Below are positions 28,483-38,602 of a stretch of 64,000 nt of DNA, piece after piece. This stretch comes from a virus (lineage: Duplodnaviria; Caudoviricetes). Made by a program: the position numbers and the translations under genes. The stretch is taken from IMG/VR virus record IMGVR_UViG_3300009873_000081, positions 1-64,000 of that record. One strand, written 5' to 3'. The notes below the pieces were generated by a model that had not been told where the DNA came from, made no database searches, and worked only from the letters and a program-made list of their open reading frames with translations. Numbering within the stretch: position 1 is the first letter of the stretch; every line of letters starts with the position of its first letter.

Positions 28483-29236
28483 TGGAAGCTCCTTGTCTTT
28501 TCATCATGAAGTCGCCCTGATTTCTGGCGAATTGTCCGACAGTTTTGGTTTGCGGCTCATTAACTGCGCCTGAGACCAAAAGCTGAATTTGCTGCTGTAC
28601 AAACTGATTTACAAAATTAGCCTGCTCGAAATCGCTCTTATCACCGCGCATTCTTCTCAGCTTGATCTCGGCCATTAGTACGATCAGATCATGCAAAATA
28701 GGATTAAGCTCGCAAGTCGTAATAACTTGGTCTCTTGCTGTGCCGCTGGCAGTAGTGCCGAGTGTAAAGGGCATCCCAATATAGGTAACGATCAAGTTTA
28801 TCGGGTAGGAACCGACACTGACCAGCAAATAGAGCTTGCCGCCTGATATGTAGCAGCGTGGGTCGCGGGTCGTGCCTTCAAAGTAGCGGTTTTCCGTAAT
28901 GCCCAGTTTGCTGGCAGCAACCCTTTCGACCCATCTTGTATAGCCATCCTGATCAGTAAAACGCGCATTAACGAAACCGTTTCGGAGAAAATAACGTTCT
29001 TGAATCTGACTGCCCAAATCAACACCGGTTGAGTCAATTGCGATTGTCTTTTCTTCTTCGATTTCAGAAAGCAAAGTAAACACATCTTGAAACTTTTGCT
29101 GAAAGCCTAGCAGCATTTGCACTAATTCGCGTTGCGCGGCGTTGAGCGCTTCGAGCTTGACTGTCGAACTCCAAACTTCTGAATTTGGATCGTTCAACAA
29201 GTTTCCAAGAGATGTCAACATTTCAGATGCAGTCAT
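28469..29236 (-). CDS. head-tail adaptor / tail tubular protein A
   Basis: WS...EALNAAQREL and CELNPILHDLIV motifs. Confidence 0.7.
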   Translation of the reverse strand: MTASEMLTSLGNLLNDPNSEVWSSTVKLEALNAAQRELVQMLLGFQQKFQDVFTLLSEIEEEKTIAIDSTGVDLGSQIQERYFLRNGFVNARFTDQDGYTRWVERVAASKLGITENRYFEGTTRDPRCYISGGKLYLLVSVGSYPINLIVTYIGMPFTLGTTASGTARDQVITTCELNPILHDLIVLMAEIKLRRMRGDKSDFEQANFVNQFVQQQIQLLVSGAVNEPQTKTVGQFARNQGDFMMKRQGASNAKA

Positions 29237-29730
29237 TTGTGCCTTTGCTTTATCAGCTTGTATTGGCTGCGATAATAAAAATCTTCACTCACGACCTGCA
29301 CGACATAATCAAATCCTGCCGCACGCAACAGGTACTTTTCATCTTTTCCAACATCAATTAAACTTGAGAGCCAGTTGAAGCATTCAGGCTCAGATTCAAA
29401 AATCGGCGAGAGACCGAACTCTTTATCTGTCAACTTGCATTTCGGCACACCTATGCGCAGGCGGTAGTTTATGGTTGAATCAGGCATCTTCCAGCGCAAA
29501 AGCAAATGCTCAGTCGTTCTTACTGTGCTGGTGTTCAATGTTTGCCAGTTCTTAAAGCCCACGTCGATGATTTTAGTGCCAAATGGAACTTCAAAAAGCA
29601 GGGTATCGCCAAAGTCTGCTTCTTGAGCTTGGACACTGCCGACAAATATAAAAACGGCGGCCAGCAGGTCTCTTACCAGCCGCCGCCCAGGGTATGGATG
29701 GGTCAGATGGAGCTTAAAAAGTCTCGCCAT
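29233..29730 (-). CDS. hypothetical, possibly secreted protein
   Basis: LLAAVFIFVGSVQA-Q signal-like segment; start uncertain. Confidence 0.45.
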   Translation of the reverse strand: MARLFKLHLTHPYPGRRLVRDLLAAVFIFVGSVQAQEADFGDTLLFEVPFGTKIIDVGFKNWQTLNTSTVRTTEHLLLRWKMPDSTINYRLRIGVPKCKLTDKEFGLSPIFESEPECFNWLSSLIDVGKDEKYLLRAAGFDYVVQVVSEDFYYRSQYKLIKQRHK

Positions 29731-30827
29731 TTTAGTGACGTTTTTTTAATGTCGTACTTTTCACGAATGCGTCTGTAGCCTTCCTTGCTCATCAAGCTTC
29801 TTGCGCCTTTTGCATTCCATAAACTCGCTGTTGCTTCCACAAATTTCTCAGCATACTCGCTTGAATAAGGATCGCCAGGAATCAAAACGCTTTTGCCGTC
29901 TTTTATCGTTTCAATCAATCCTGCACGTTCTGATGTGATAACGGGGACTCCGCTTGCCATTGCTTCAAGCGCCACACCACAAACCGTTTCGTTGAATGTG
30001 TTCGGATAGAGCATAGCGTAGTAGTTTGGCAGTTCTTTCCAAAAGTCTTTTTGCGGCAACGGCTCTTTGACTTTTACATCAGGCAGCTTGGCTATTTCCT
30101 GATAAAGCCATTGATATTTTCTTTCCTGCGGATCGTCGTCCAGATAGAGCGTGGTCTTGGCGTAACAGTCGAGCGTCGCTTCCGGTATTTGCTTTTTGAT
30201 TTCCGGCCACAGCCTTAGAAAAAGTTCCAAACCTCGAAATGCAGTTGAAGCATAAATAAAGCGCGGCGCTTGGCATTCCGATCTGGTCTTGGACAGGTTC
30301 TTAACATCCAAACCTTTCGGAATAGTCTCAATGCGTTTGTCTTTTATTCTGAAAAAGTTTTCAAGCCAGCGCTCTTTCTGCCAATCGCTCTTGAGCACAA
30401 TCGCATCGAGATTGTCCGTTACCAGTTTGTCGTAAAGAATCTCGTTATTGGCCTGGTCGTAGTCGTCTCCCGACCACAAAACAACTTTCTTCGGGCGGCG
30501 CTCGCCGAAGAGCAGCCGATTGCGGCGTGGCGATAATATTTGATCGTGAGCGCGAACGACGATCAAAACGTCGATTGTTTCTTTTTCGAGAATCTTAGGC
30601 AGATCATTATAGTTGAGAAAGATCGCTTGGTTGAAAACCCCGCCACGCTCTTTGACATTGCCAAAAATGTAAATCGGATGGGCGTTGCCTTCTTGAGCAT
30701 AAAACGGATGAAGTTCTTTGGCTAAACAAAGCTCTTCGCGCTCGGTGCCGCCACAAACGATCCGGCCTTCACCGATTTCGTTGATGTCGAGCAACTTTGG
30801 CGTGGTTGTCCAAAATCCGATTTTCAT
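29703..30827 (-). CDS. GT-B (GT4-like) glycosyltransferase
   Basis: FIYAS..RGLELFL..WPEIK; ETVCGVALEAMASGVPVI. Confidence 0.9.
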   Translation of the reverse strand: MKIGFWTTTPKLLDINEIGEGRIVCGGTEREELCLAKELHPFYAQEGNAHPIYIFGNVKERGGVFNQAIFLNYNDLPKILEKETIDVLIVVRAHDQILSPRRNRLLFGERRPKKVVLWSGDDYDQANNEILYDKLVTDNLDAIVLKSDWQKERWLENFFRIKDKRIETIPKGLDVKNLSKTRSECQAPRFIYASTAFRGLELFLRLWPEIKKQIPEATLDCYAKTTLYLDDDPQERKYQWLYQEIAKLPDVKVKEPLPQKDFWKELPNYYAMLYPNTFNETVCGVALEAMASGVPVITSERAGLIETIKDGKSVLIPGDPYSSEYAEKFVEATASLWNAKGARSLMSKEGYRRIREKYDIKKTSLKWRDFLSSI

Positions 30828-31450
30828 TCTGCTTGATAATGCACGATATTGCGATACTTGATCGACTCGTCTGCTGCCAACTCAACTAATTTGGCGTAGT
30901 CACTGGTATAGTCGAAGTCGATGCCGTTCTTGTAAACTTTGTAATCAAAACCGTTTTCCCACATAAAAAAATGATTGGCAATGCCAAACTCATCCAGCAG
31001 GCTCTCTTCTATTTTACGCAAAGCCAAATCATCAATCATTAGATACCCATTAATTGCTGTTGATTTGGGCAGCAGCTTGAGCGTATTGCCTACCGACCAA
31101 ACAAACCAAAAATGGTGCATCCAGCCGCGCCAGTTGTCGCTTTGCACACCCTTGCGAAGCTCGGTTAGAATGTGTGGCGTCTCGATATAACCGCACCGCG
31201 CCACGCGATTCATCTCACGCAAGACAAATTCCGGATTGTGCATATCTTCCAGCGCGTGACGGCAATAAACAAAATCAATTTCCTGATCGGCAAACGGCAA
31301 TCTGTCCGTGCAAACGTCCAAACGATGGTACTGCCTGCCGTTGACTTTTTCTTCCAGCCGCCAGTCCACAACATCAGTAGCCAAATTGAAAACATTATGA
31401 CCACCGCCAACGTCAAGAATGCGCTTGAAATTTTTTAATTGCAATTCCAT
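30824..31450 (-). CDS. class I SAM methyltransferase (type 11-like)
   Basis: ILDVGGG, LPFADQEIDFVYCRHALED, GYIETP. Confidence 0.85.
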   Translation of the reverse strand: MELQLKNFKRILDVGGGHNVFNLATDVVDWRLEEKVNGRQYHRLDVCTDRLPFADQEIDFVYCRHALEDMHNPEFVLREMNRVARCGYIETPHILTELRKGVQSDNWRGWMHHFWFVWSVGNTLKLLPKSTAINGYLMIDDLALRKIEESLLDEFGIANHFFMWENGFDYKVYKNGIDFDYTSDYAKLVELAADESIKYRNIVHYQAE

Positions 31451-32019
31451 CAGGCTTTCTTTGCAAACCAGGTATCAGCCATAACACCGTAGTTATAGCT
31501 AAACACTTCCATTACTGCCTTTGCCACTTGGTCACAACGCAGATTCCAGGAGAAATCATCGCCAATAATCCAGCCTCCGGTTCGTACTTTGGGCTTCCAA
31601 GCTAAAATATCCTTCTTGACTTCAGCATAAAAATGATTGGCGTCGATATAGACAAAATCGAAAAATTCGTCGGGAAAGTCCGCTGCGGCCACAATGCTTG
31701 GCTTTCGTATCAATTGCGCACGGTCAGCATAGCCGGCCAAACGCTGTTTGGTAGCTTCGTACATTGTGTCAGCGTCCGTATCATTTTTAAACCACAACCA
31801 GTGTGCCACTCCAAAATTCAGAAGCTCAGATTCAAGATTTTTTCCAACCGGATAAGCGTCGATTCCCACCATTTTTAAATTAGGATTGTTGTCCAGAAGA
31901 TACGCCGTAGTATCTCCTTTCCAAACTCCAATCTCGGCTCCGATCATTTGGCTCTTGCCGCTTTGGATCAAAAGGTTGATGAATTCACGTTTGCGGTCGA
32001 AAGTATAAAATTCAAACAT
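31450..32019 (-). CDS. class I SAM methyltransferase (type 24-like)
   Basis: GAEIGVWKG, DFVYIDANH.Y, GGWIIGDD. Confidence 0.9.
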   Translation of the reverse strand: MFEFYTFDRKREFINLLIQSGKSQMIGAEIGVWKGDTTAYLLDNNPNLKMVGIDAYPVGKNLESELLNFGVAHWLWFKNDTDADTMYEATKQRLAGYADRAQLIRKPSIVAAADFPDEFFDFVYIDANHFYAEVKKDILAWKPKVRTGGWIIGDDFSWNLRCDQVAKAVMEVFSYNYGVMADTWFAKKA

Positions 32020-32833
32020 CGGCCAAATGCCTCCGGGAGTGTTTGAACATCGTATTTCGTAACACACTCGCCTGCTCCGGCGACTTTTTTAACAGATCGA
32101 GCAAATTGACATTTGCTGCCAACTGCTGATCGGCAAACTGCACGGTTTTCCAGGACTGGCAGCCGACGTGTTCGAGCCAGCAGCCAGTAAAGACTTTCTG
32201 CTTTGCGCCTTGTTCCTGCCACGTTCTAAACATGCCCTCCTGACCGCCCCACTTGGCGTCGTCAAAAGCATACTTGTGTTCGGTCAGAAAAAGATCGCCG
32301 TTCGGCTGTTTAAAGCGCTGATAGAATTGATTGGTAAAAGCAAAGAAAAAGCCGTAAAGCGTATCCTGCCAATCAACACCGTGCAATTCGATAAATCCGG
32401 TGTCCTGTTTTTGTGTAGCGTGTTGCTTGGGATAGCAAGGATCGTCAGTCAACGGGCCGTAGCTGGTTATAGCGTTGTCTTCGTCCTGTTCGATGGCTGC
32501 GATAAAATCCTTAATCGAACTATTGAACTTGATGTCATCATTGGCAACAATGATAATCTCGTAGCCAAGCTCGACTGCTTTTTGGATGCCTAAATTCCAA
32601 GCGCCGGTAATTCCCAATTTGATTTGATCGTCAATACGCAAATATGCCGTATTTGGCAAACTCAAAGCAAGCTCTTTAATGCCCGTGCCTTCTGATTCAT
32701 TGTCAATCAAAAGCAGATCGTAGTCAATGCCGGTAGCAGCTTTTAACGTGACAACAAAATCTTTTATCGTTCGCAAGCCAAATGGCCTAAAAACCCGGGA
32801 GTAGTGACAAAGAACAATAAAAACAGTCTTCAT
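32012..32833 (-). CDS. GT-A (GT2-like) glycosyltransferase
   Basis: LLIDNES, GAWNLGI, ANDD (DxD-like). Confidence 0.8.
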   Translation of the reverse strand: MKTVFIVLCHYSRVFRPFGLRTIKDFVVTLKAATGIDYDLLLIDNESEGTGIKELALSLPNTAYLRIDDQIKLGITGAWNLGIQKAVELGYEIIIVANDDIKFNSSIKDFIAAIEQDEDNAITSYGPLTDDPCYPKQHATQKQDTGFIELHGVDWQDTLYGFFFAFTNQFYQRFKQPNGDLFLTEHKYAFDDAKWGGQEGMFRTWQEQGAKQKVFTGCWLEHVGCQSWKTVQFADQQLAANVNLLDLLKKSPEQASVLRNTMFKHSRRHLADV

Positions 32834-33483
32834 ACTGCCGATAGTCTCACTTTCGCCTGCTCCCCATCAGTAAAAGGCATCACCAGCATGTGGCCGACAT
32901 GCCCGCATTTAATAGTAAAATCACACCACACTTCAAAACCCCGTTCTCTGGCATTGTCACAGAAAACCACATCTTCAGTCGCAAACTTCTCTTCATCGCC
33001 ATAAGGCCGATAATAAAACCAGGGCCATTTTGTCGATTCAAAGACTTTGCGCTTGATCAACATACATCCGGTGCCGATGCTGCAAACTTGCTTTAGTGTG
33101 TCACCGGCAACCGGATTGTAAGTTTGATATGGTATCTTTTCGCCGGCGCGATTGTCTACAAAGCAAGTGGAGTTGTATGGTTCGATCTTAACAGTATAAA
33201 AACCTCCGACAATGTCCTTATCGTCCTGGAGCAGACGTGAAAGCGTTGCTTCCGGAAAGGACATATCGCTGTCCATAAAAAACAGATGCGAGCAATCCGT
33301 CTTTAAGAATTGCTTGACAAACTCGTTGCGATTGTTGACAGTGTTGCCCCATTTCAGAATTTCACAATAAGTCCGACCTTCTTCCGGCAACAAATTTTGC
33401 GCCGGAAAGAAGGTCTTGAAAAACTCTGTCGATAGTGAGTCACCAACCGGAATGCAAACCATAACTTTGGACAATTCCGGCAT
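32830..33483 (-). CDS. GT-A glycosyltransferase-like protein
   Basis: RN...HLFFMDSD, GTGCMLIKRKVF, TEDVVFC, CGH. Confidence 0.85.
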   Translation of the reverse strand: MPELSKVMVCIPVGDSLSTEFFKTFFPAQNLLPEEGRTYCEILKWGNTVNNRNEFVKQFLKTDCSHLFFMDSDMSFPEATLSRLLQDDKDIVGGFYTVKIEPYNSTCFVDNRAGEKIPYQTYNPVAGDTLKQVCSIGTGCMLIKRKVFESTKWPWFYYRPYGDEEKFATEDVVFCDNARERGFEVWCDFTIKCGHVGHMLVMPFTDGEQAKVRLSAV

Positions 33484-33803
33484 TACGGGCCTACCGCTGT
33501 TTTGGTTCCGATCAACATAACACAGACGCTTGATCCGGAAATTGCTGCCTGTGAAGAACGCGATATTGTAATCGCGCCGTTTGACACCGCGCCGGTTGGA
33601 ATGGAAAAGGCCGGCAAACCTGCGTCAGTAGCAATCGTTGCATCGTTGATCAGCGTGACGAAACCCGCCCAGACATTGGCCAGCCGGGTGCGAAAGGTTG
33701 CCGAAGTCGAGGTGGTAGTATACGTTGCCGTACCCACTTCAAGCTCAAGTTGGCCGGGTTCGATGCCCTCGGTTGCCGAGGGCATGAGTTTAAAATTAGC
33801 CAT
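33483..33803 (-). CDS. putative capsid decoration protein
   Basis: small, beta/Thr-rich, downstream of MCP. Confidence 0.5.
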   Translation of the reverse strand: MANFKLMPSATEGIEPGQLELEVGTATYTTTSTSATFRTRLANVWAGFVTLINDATIATDAGLPAFSIPTGAVSNGAITISRSSQAAISGSSVCVMLIGTKTAVGP

Positions 33804-33832
33804 GTATGTATAGCTCCAAGTTAAGATTCAGT

Positions 33833-34411
33833 TTATGCCGTCATCGGCCAGTAAGCAAATTGCATACACCAAATTTTCAAAGCATCGGCAGTTGTGGCAT
33901 CAGTTGTAACACCCTTAATATGCACGATGTCAAAATCCGTAGCATTGCCATTGACTTTGCCCCAAACCGTAAAAAACGGCTTGTCGGCCCCTGGATTATC
34001 GCTTGTTGCGATTGCAGCAATTGTTTCGCTAAACGCCGTTGCTGGCTCTCCGGCATCATCAGAACCAGCATGAGTAGCGCCAAGATCGACCGTATCGTAA
34101 GTCGTCTCTATAGTCACACCCTTTGCCGCTTCGTCAGCAATCAAGCCCCATCGCACGTAGAACGGATAGGCCGTGTCCATGTCGTGCGGCGTGGAAACCA
34201 CCACGTGCGCCTCGTCGCCATCCTGTAAAGGCGCGACGATAACGTGTTCCCATTTGCTGGAGGTGCCATGCGCGGTTTCTGCTGCGCCCACCAAACTCAT
34301 CGCTTTTACCGGAACTTCGATAACTTTGACTTCCGGCACGGGCTTGTGCAGATGCGGGTGGAAACGTTCGCGATGATACTGATTTAAAACATGAGTTGTC
34401 GAGTCTGCCAT
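33833..34411 (-). CDS. putative virion structural protein
   Basis: AGGAG RBS; position after MCP. Confidence 0.55.
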   Translation of the reverse strand: MADSTTHVLNQYHRERFHPHLHKPVPEVKVIEVPVKAMSLVGAAETAHGTSSKWEHVIVAPLQDGDEAHVVVSTPHDMDTAYPFYVRWGLIADEAAKGVTIETTYDTVDLGATHAGSDDAGEPATAFSETIAAIATSDNPGADKPFFTVWGKVNGNATDFDIVHIKGVTTDATTADALKIWCMQFAYWPMTA

Positions 34412-34424
34412 AATAATCTCCTAT

Positions 34425-35321
34425 TTAGTTTGAAAGTTCACAGCGTTTGAGTTCCTCAAGTCTTGACTTAAAACCGTCACGAACCCGTGTAATCGAAGCC
34501 CAAGCGCCGTCTCGATATTGCATTCCGCTGGAGACTTTATGTTTGACAAAATCAACGCCAATCTCTGCCTGCTGCTGCTTTACTCTCAAATAAGGCAAAA
34601 TAGCTTCAAGAAAATATCTGGCTTTGTTGTCCGTTATCAACCAATGGTGTCCTTGTTTACCGGCCTGGTGTTTAAAAACGTAGCCGCCAAAAAAACCAGC
34701 CACCCAAGTCAGACACGCAGAAAACTTCTGGGTAAGCGTAACCCTTAGAGAATATCTTGGGCTACGTTGCTTATTCCATTCGCCTTTTGATTTGTTGATA
34801 AGTATACAACCTTCACCATCGAAGAATCCTGCGATGTAATGCAAATAATGGGAGTCTTCTTTGGATACAAAAACATCATCAGACGATGAAATCAGATGTT
34901 TTAAAATTCTGCGATTGCGAAGTTCAAAAACAGGAATTGGTTCGTAACGATTCCACAGCTTTCTCTGAGCATTTTTTCTTATCTGAAACGCAACAGCTAA
35001 TCTCGCTTGTTCCTCCTTGATTCTCAGGTATGGAAGCAAAGCTTTAAGAAAATTCAGCGCAGCGTTATCTCTTACGAGGTAATGATAGCACTGCTTATGA
35101 TTCTCTTTTGGTCTCTGCATCTCAGTTATCAGACCTCCAAAGCCAAGAGAAAGAATCCATTGCAAAACCTTTTTATCAGTATTTACAATGCTAACCGAAA
35201 GATCGAATCTCGGCATTTTTCCTTTCTGTGTCTTGTAGGTTGAAGCAATAACCGAAATACTTCCTTCAGCGTCAAAAAGACCAGCAAGATAGGCTAAATC
35301 AGATTGTTTCAAAGTCTCCAT
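34425..35321 (-). CDS. double-motif LAGLIDADG homing endonuclease (free-standing)
   Basis: YLAGLFDAEGSI and YIAGFFDGEGCI. Confidence 0.95.
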   Translation of the reverse strand: METLKQSDLAYLAGLFDAEGSISVIASTYKTQKGKMPRFDLSVSIVNTDKKVLQWILSLGFGGLITEMQRPKENHKQCYHYLVRDNAALNFLKALLPYLRIKEEQARLAVAFQIRKNAQRKLWNRYEPIPVFELRNRRILKHLISSSDDVFVSKEDSHYLHYIAGFFDGEGCILINKSKGEWNKQRSPRYSLRVTLTQKFSACLTWVAGFFGGYVFKHQAGKQGHHWLITDNKARYFLEAILPYLRVKQQQAEIGVDFVKHKVSSGMQYRDGAWASITRVRDGFKSRLEELKRCELSN

Positions 35322-35342
35322 AGATAGTTGATTATTATGAAG

Positions 35343-36659
35343 TTAGCCTGTAATCCCGAAGATAACCGCGTGAGCATCCGGGAAAGTGCGCCACAAACCG
35401 TTTTGGCAATAAATCTCATTGACTTCGGTATGAGCACCCGGATTTTGCACGTTGGTCTTTACGGTCACGTCGATGTAGTTCATCAATTTCATATACTCCA
35501 TGTCCACGATAATCGCGTCCATCGAGTACTCATTTAGCGAGGTTGCCTGATCGGTCAAAAGCGGATGGCGATGCAAAAGCGCAATGCCATGACCAAGCTC
35601 AAGCTGCATGACCGTCCAGCCATAGCGTTGGCTGTACTCATCGTTGACCGTGATGAACTTTTCCAGCGCGTTGTAGAGCACCGAGAAGAATTTGCCGCCA
35701 ACAAACCAGTGCTTGATTTGTTGGGCGTTGCCATAGCGATAGATGATCTCAGTTTTCTCGCGGAGCAGATCGAGCGAGAAAGCGCCGCCAAAGTCGATCA
35801 AGCGGGAAACACCGTCAAGTGCTGTAGACGCGCCAGGAACAAACTCAACAATACCGCCTGTCATCCAAAGCGTCGAGCCTTGTGATTGGGTGATCTTGGA
35901 TTTACGACCGAAGAAATACGCCCATTCTTTCTGACGGAAAAAATCAGTGCGCTTCATTGCAGCGCGTTGGGCTGGAGAAAGTTTGCCATAAACATCAAGC
36001 GGCTTTTCCGAGTCAGTAACGCCCCAGGTCTTGGAGAAGAACTGGCAATAGTTCTGCACGTCGGTTGGCTCATGGCTGATCGGGTTGGGAGCATTCCCCC
36101 CGTCAGCAAGAGCGTTGCCCATGTGAATGAGCTTGTAGGTTGTGGCCAGTTGGGTGGGAGATGCCGGACTGTTGCCGTTTCCACGAAGAACACGCACACT
36201 GGCCGTACCCGAAGCCAGACCAGACAGCGTAACTTGCTGCACGATCATAGTTTCAGGCGCATAGCCGGAAGCGTATTTTGTGGTGGAATAGTTTGCGCCG
36301 GTAGCATCGCAAAAAAGATCGGGGCACTGGAGGACATCACCAGCCTGCAAGAACAGGGCTTGCGCGTCAGTGATGCCTATAATATCGGAGAGTGAGCCAG
36401 AGCTTGATGCAGACGCCGTAGCAATATCGAACTTGACCGGCGTTTCCTGCATGGTAAGCACTTTTGGCTCCGGATCACTGACTTGCACGGTTTTCATCTC
36501 CATACGCAAGATGTTGTCCAACTTGGCGTAGGAGCGTTCCTGCATAACGATCAGGTCACTAAGCGAGTATTTACGCTTAGTGGTATACATATCGGCGACG
36601 CCCATTGCGCCCTGCTTGACGAATTGGGCTGCGCCTTGTGTTGCACTAAAAGCTGCCAT
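35343..36659 (-). CDS. major capsid protein (DUF5309/SU10-like)
   Basis: NYCQFFSKTWGVT, EWAYFFG, MTGGI, HRHPLL, HAVIFGIT; follows scaffold. Confidence 0.85.
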   Translation of the reverse strand: MAAFSATQGAAQFVKQGAMGVADMYTTKRKYSLSDLIVMQERSYAKLDNILRMEMKTVQVSDPEPKVLTMQETPVKFDIATASASSSGSLSDIIGITDAQALFLQAGDVLQCPDLFCDATGANYSTTKYASGYAPETMIVQQVTLSGLASGTASVRVLRGNGNSPASPTQLATTYKLIHMGNALADGGNAPNPISHEPTDVQNYCQFFSKTWGVTDSEKPLDVYGKLSPAQRAAMKRTDFFRQKEWAYFFGRKSKITQSQGSTLWMTGGIVEFVPGASTALDGVSRLIDFGGAFSLDLLREKTEIIYRYGNAQQIKHWFVGGKFFSVLYNALEKFITVNDEYSQRYGWTVMQLELGHGIALLHRHPLLTDQATSLNEYSMDAIIVDMEYMKLMNYIDVTVKTNVQNPGAHTEVNEIYCQNGLWRTFPDAHAVIFGITG

Positions 36660-36694
36660 TTAAAAAATTCCTTTATGTGGCAGCCGGAGAAGAC

Positions 36695-37687
36695 TTAAGG
36701 TGAAACCATATCACGAGGAATATCGACCGTGCCGTAAAGGTCAATTAAAGCTTGGACTTCTTTTGGCACTTGCTTGGGCGCTGGTGGAGCGCTGCCGCGT
36801 GAAGCAACTGAGTCCGGTTTGTTGGCGCGTTTGCCGATTGCAGCCTCAGCACTCTCAGGTTTGGGAGCAGGAGGCGGTGTATGTGTGCCGTTGGTCTTTT
36901 GTCCGTCCAAAGCTCTCTTGAGTGTTACCCAATCGGTTTTAGACAGGCTTTCGAGCCAGCCGTTAATACGAGCCAGATCAGGCTCGCCGGTAAATGGATT
37001 CTTGTATTCAGGAAAAGCATTAACAAAGTCATTTGCTTGCTTAAGCGTCATCTGCCGCGCTTGCTCTTCAGCTTCTTGGGCACGGCGAGCTTGATAACGC
37101 TGTGTCTCTTTGTACTCAGCACGAGCGTCCTGCCAAGCTTGATAAGCACGTCCTGAAAGAGAGTCAGGATCGCTTACATCGTCCTTATCGTACTCTTCTC
37201 TTTTGATGAAGTCCCATAAGGACGGTTCGCCTTTGGCACGAACCTGCTCTTTTGGCGCTTCAGCAGGTGCTTGGTTTCCTCGTAAGGAATTGACACCAGC
37301 CAGCATGTTCATTAGAGCTTGGTTCTTTTGCCGCTCAATCTCAAGTTCAGCCCGTCGAGCGTCGGCTTCGGCCTGGATGCGCTTGGCTTCGGCTTTGGCT
37401 TTGTCAGCTTCACCTTGCCAAGTTCGCCTTTGCTTTTCGTCTTCCGCTTCTGCGGTTTCCTCGGATGATTCTCCGGCTTCTGATTCTTTTTGTGTGTCAG
37501 TTGATTGATTGGCCTCTTCTTCTTCGGGCTTGACTGACTTATCAGTTGCCGGAGTCGTCGGGGCTGGAGTGTTTTCCGGTTGGGGCGTCGTCGTAACGAC
37601 ATCGGAAAGATCGGCGTCAGCAGGAATAGTTGGTGAGTTTATTCCGATAGCTGTCATTGCCGAGTTTAAATCTGTTGCTTTAGCCAT
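36695..37687 (-). CDS. capsid scaffolding protein
   Basis: acidic disordered N-terminus, WQGEADKA coiled coil; start re-placed at MAKATD. Confidence 0.75.
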   Translation of the reverse strand: MAKATDLNSAMTAIGINSPTIPADADLSDVVTTTPQPENTPAPTTPATDKSVKPEEEEANQSTDTQKESEAGESSEETAEAEDEKQRRTWQGEADKAKAEAKRIQAEADARRAELEIERQKNQALMNMLAGVNSLRGNQAPAEAPKEQVRAKGEPSLWDFIKREEYDKDDVSDPDSLSGRAYQAWQDARAEYKETQRYQARRAQEAEEQARQMTLKQANDFVNAFPEYKNPFTGEPDLARINGWLESLSKTDWVTLKRALDGQKTNGTHTPPPAPKPESAEAAIGKRANKPDSVASRGSAPPAPKQVPKEVQALIDLYGTVDIPRDMVSP

Positions 37688-37732
37688 GCTGAACTTGTCC
37701 AGTATGTTTAAGAGTAAAAAACTGCGGTAAAA

Positions 37733-37840
37733 TAAAAAACCCTGACCGATGTTTTTAGGCATCAATCAGGGTCTTTCCTCCGTCCGGGAGTAGCATTACC
37801 GTTGTAACAAAAATATAGCGAAATTTTCAAAAATCAAGAA
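37733..37840 (-). promoter_or_regulatory. promoter and terminator-like hairpin ahead of scaffold/MCP
   Basis: TTGATT-N17-TATATT; ACCCTGATTGATG/CATCGGTCAGGGT stem plus T6. Confidence 0.55.
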
Positions 37841-37879
37841 CTTGCTATCAACACAATAAAGCAAAACTTTAAGTAAAAG

Positions 37880-38092
37880 TCAAGTAATTTTTCCTGTTGG
37901 CGAATGTAAAACCCGTTTAGGCAAAAAAGTCACACCTTCACGGTCAGTTGTAAACTCAATTGAGCCGGAAGCTTTGGCGCTCTCACGCTCCTCGATATAG
38001 TTGGCAAGCTCGATCAAAAGCGCCAATTTGTGCGTATTGAAACGTTCGAGCTTGGCTAAAAGAAATTCACGAGAATAAGTCATTGCTCTCAA
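37880..38092 (-). CDS. hypothetical protein
   Basis: ORF coupled to upstream gene. Confidence 0.5.
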   Translation of the reverse strand: MRAMTYSREFLLAKLERFNTHKLALLIELANYIEERESAKASGSIEFTTDREGVTFLPKRVLHSPTGKIT

Positions 38093-38595
38093 TACCCGTA
38101 AGGACGGCTAATATGCAGTTCTACCCTTATTCGACAGGCTGCGGAGAGACCCGCATAAACATTAACTCTCGCTCCTTGACATGGCGGCAAATCCGCAATG
38201 GCACTGATGTCATAAGTGCTGTCGGCATCGGTTGCGCCCCAATCATACAAGTTCACAATATCCACGCTGTCACGATCAGCGGCGCTTGATCTTACCAATG
38301 CGTTTTCCACTTTGTCAAAATACAAAGGCTCTATTGAGATGGTCAGGCTGTCGGAATCTTCCACGCCCGCTGCTGCCGTATCAATATAAGCAACTGCCTG
38401 TACAACGCCGCTATAGTTGGTGTTGATTGACGTTCGTGGCAGCAAGAAAATAAAGAATGTGTCCGACTCTGCTGTCAATTCCGTCCAATTAAGCCCGGTC
38501 GGATTGCTGGTCGGGTAGAGCATCGTCACCTGCTGAGCGCTGCAAATAACCGGCAGCATGAACAGTGTTAAGAAAAGTAAATTTGATTTTTTCAT
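38089..38595 (-). CDS. secreted beta-sandwich protein
   Basis: MKKSNLLFLTLFMLPVICSA-QQ signal peptide. Confidence 0.65.
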   Translation of the reverse strand: MKKSNLLFLTLFMLPVICSAQQVTMLYPTSNPTGLNWTELTAESDTFFIFLLPRTSINTNYSGVVQAVAYIDTAAAGVEDSDSLTISIEPLYFDKVENALVRSSAADRDSVDIVNLYDWGATDADSTYDISAIADLPPCQGARVNVYAGLSAACRIRVELHISRPYGY

Positions 38596-38602
38596 AAAAT
38601 TC

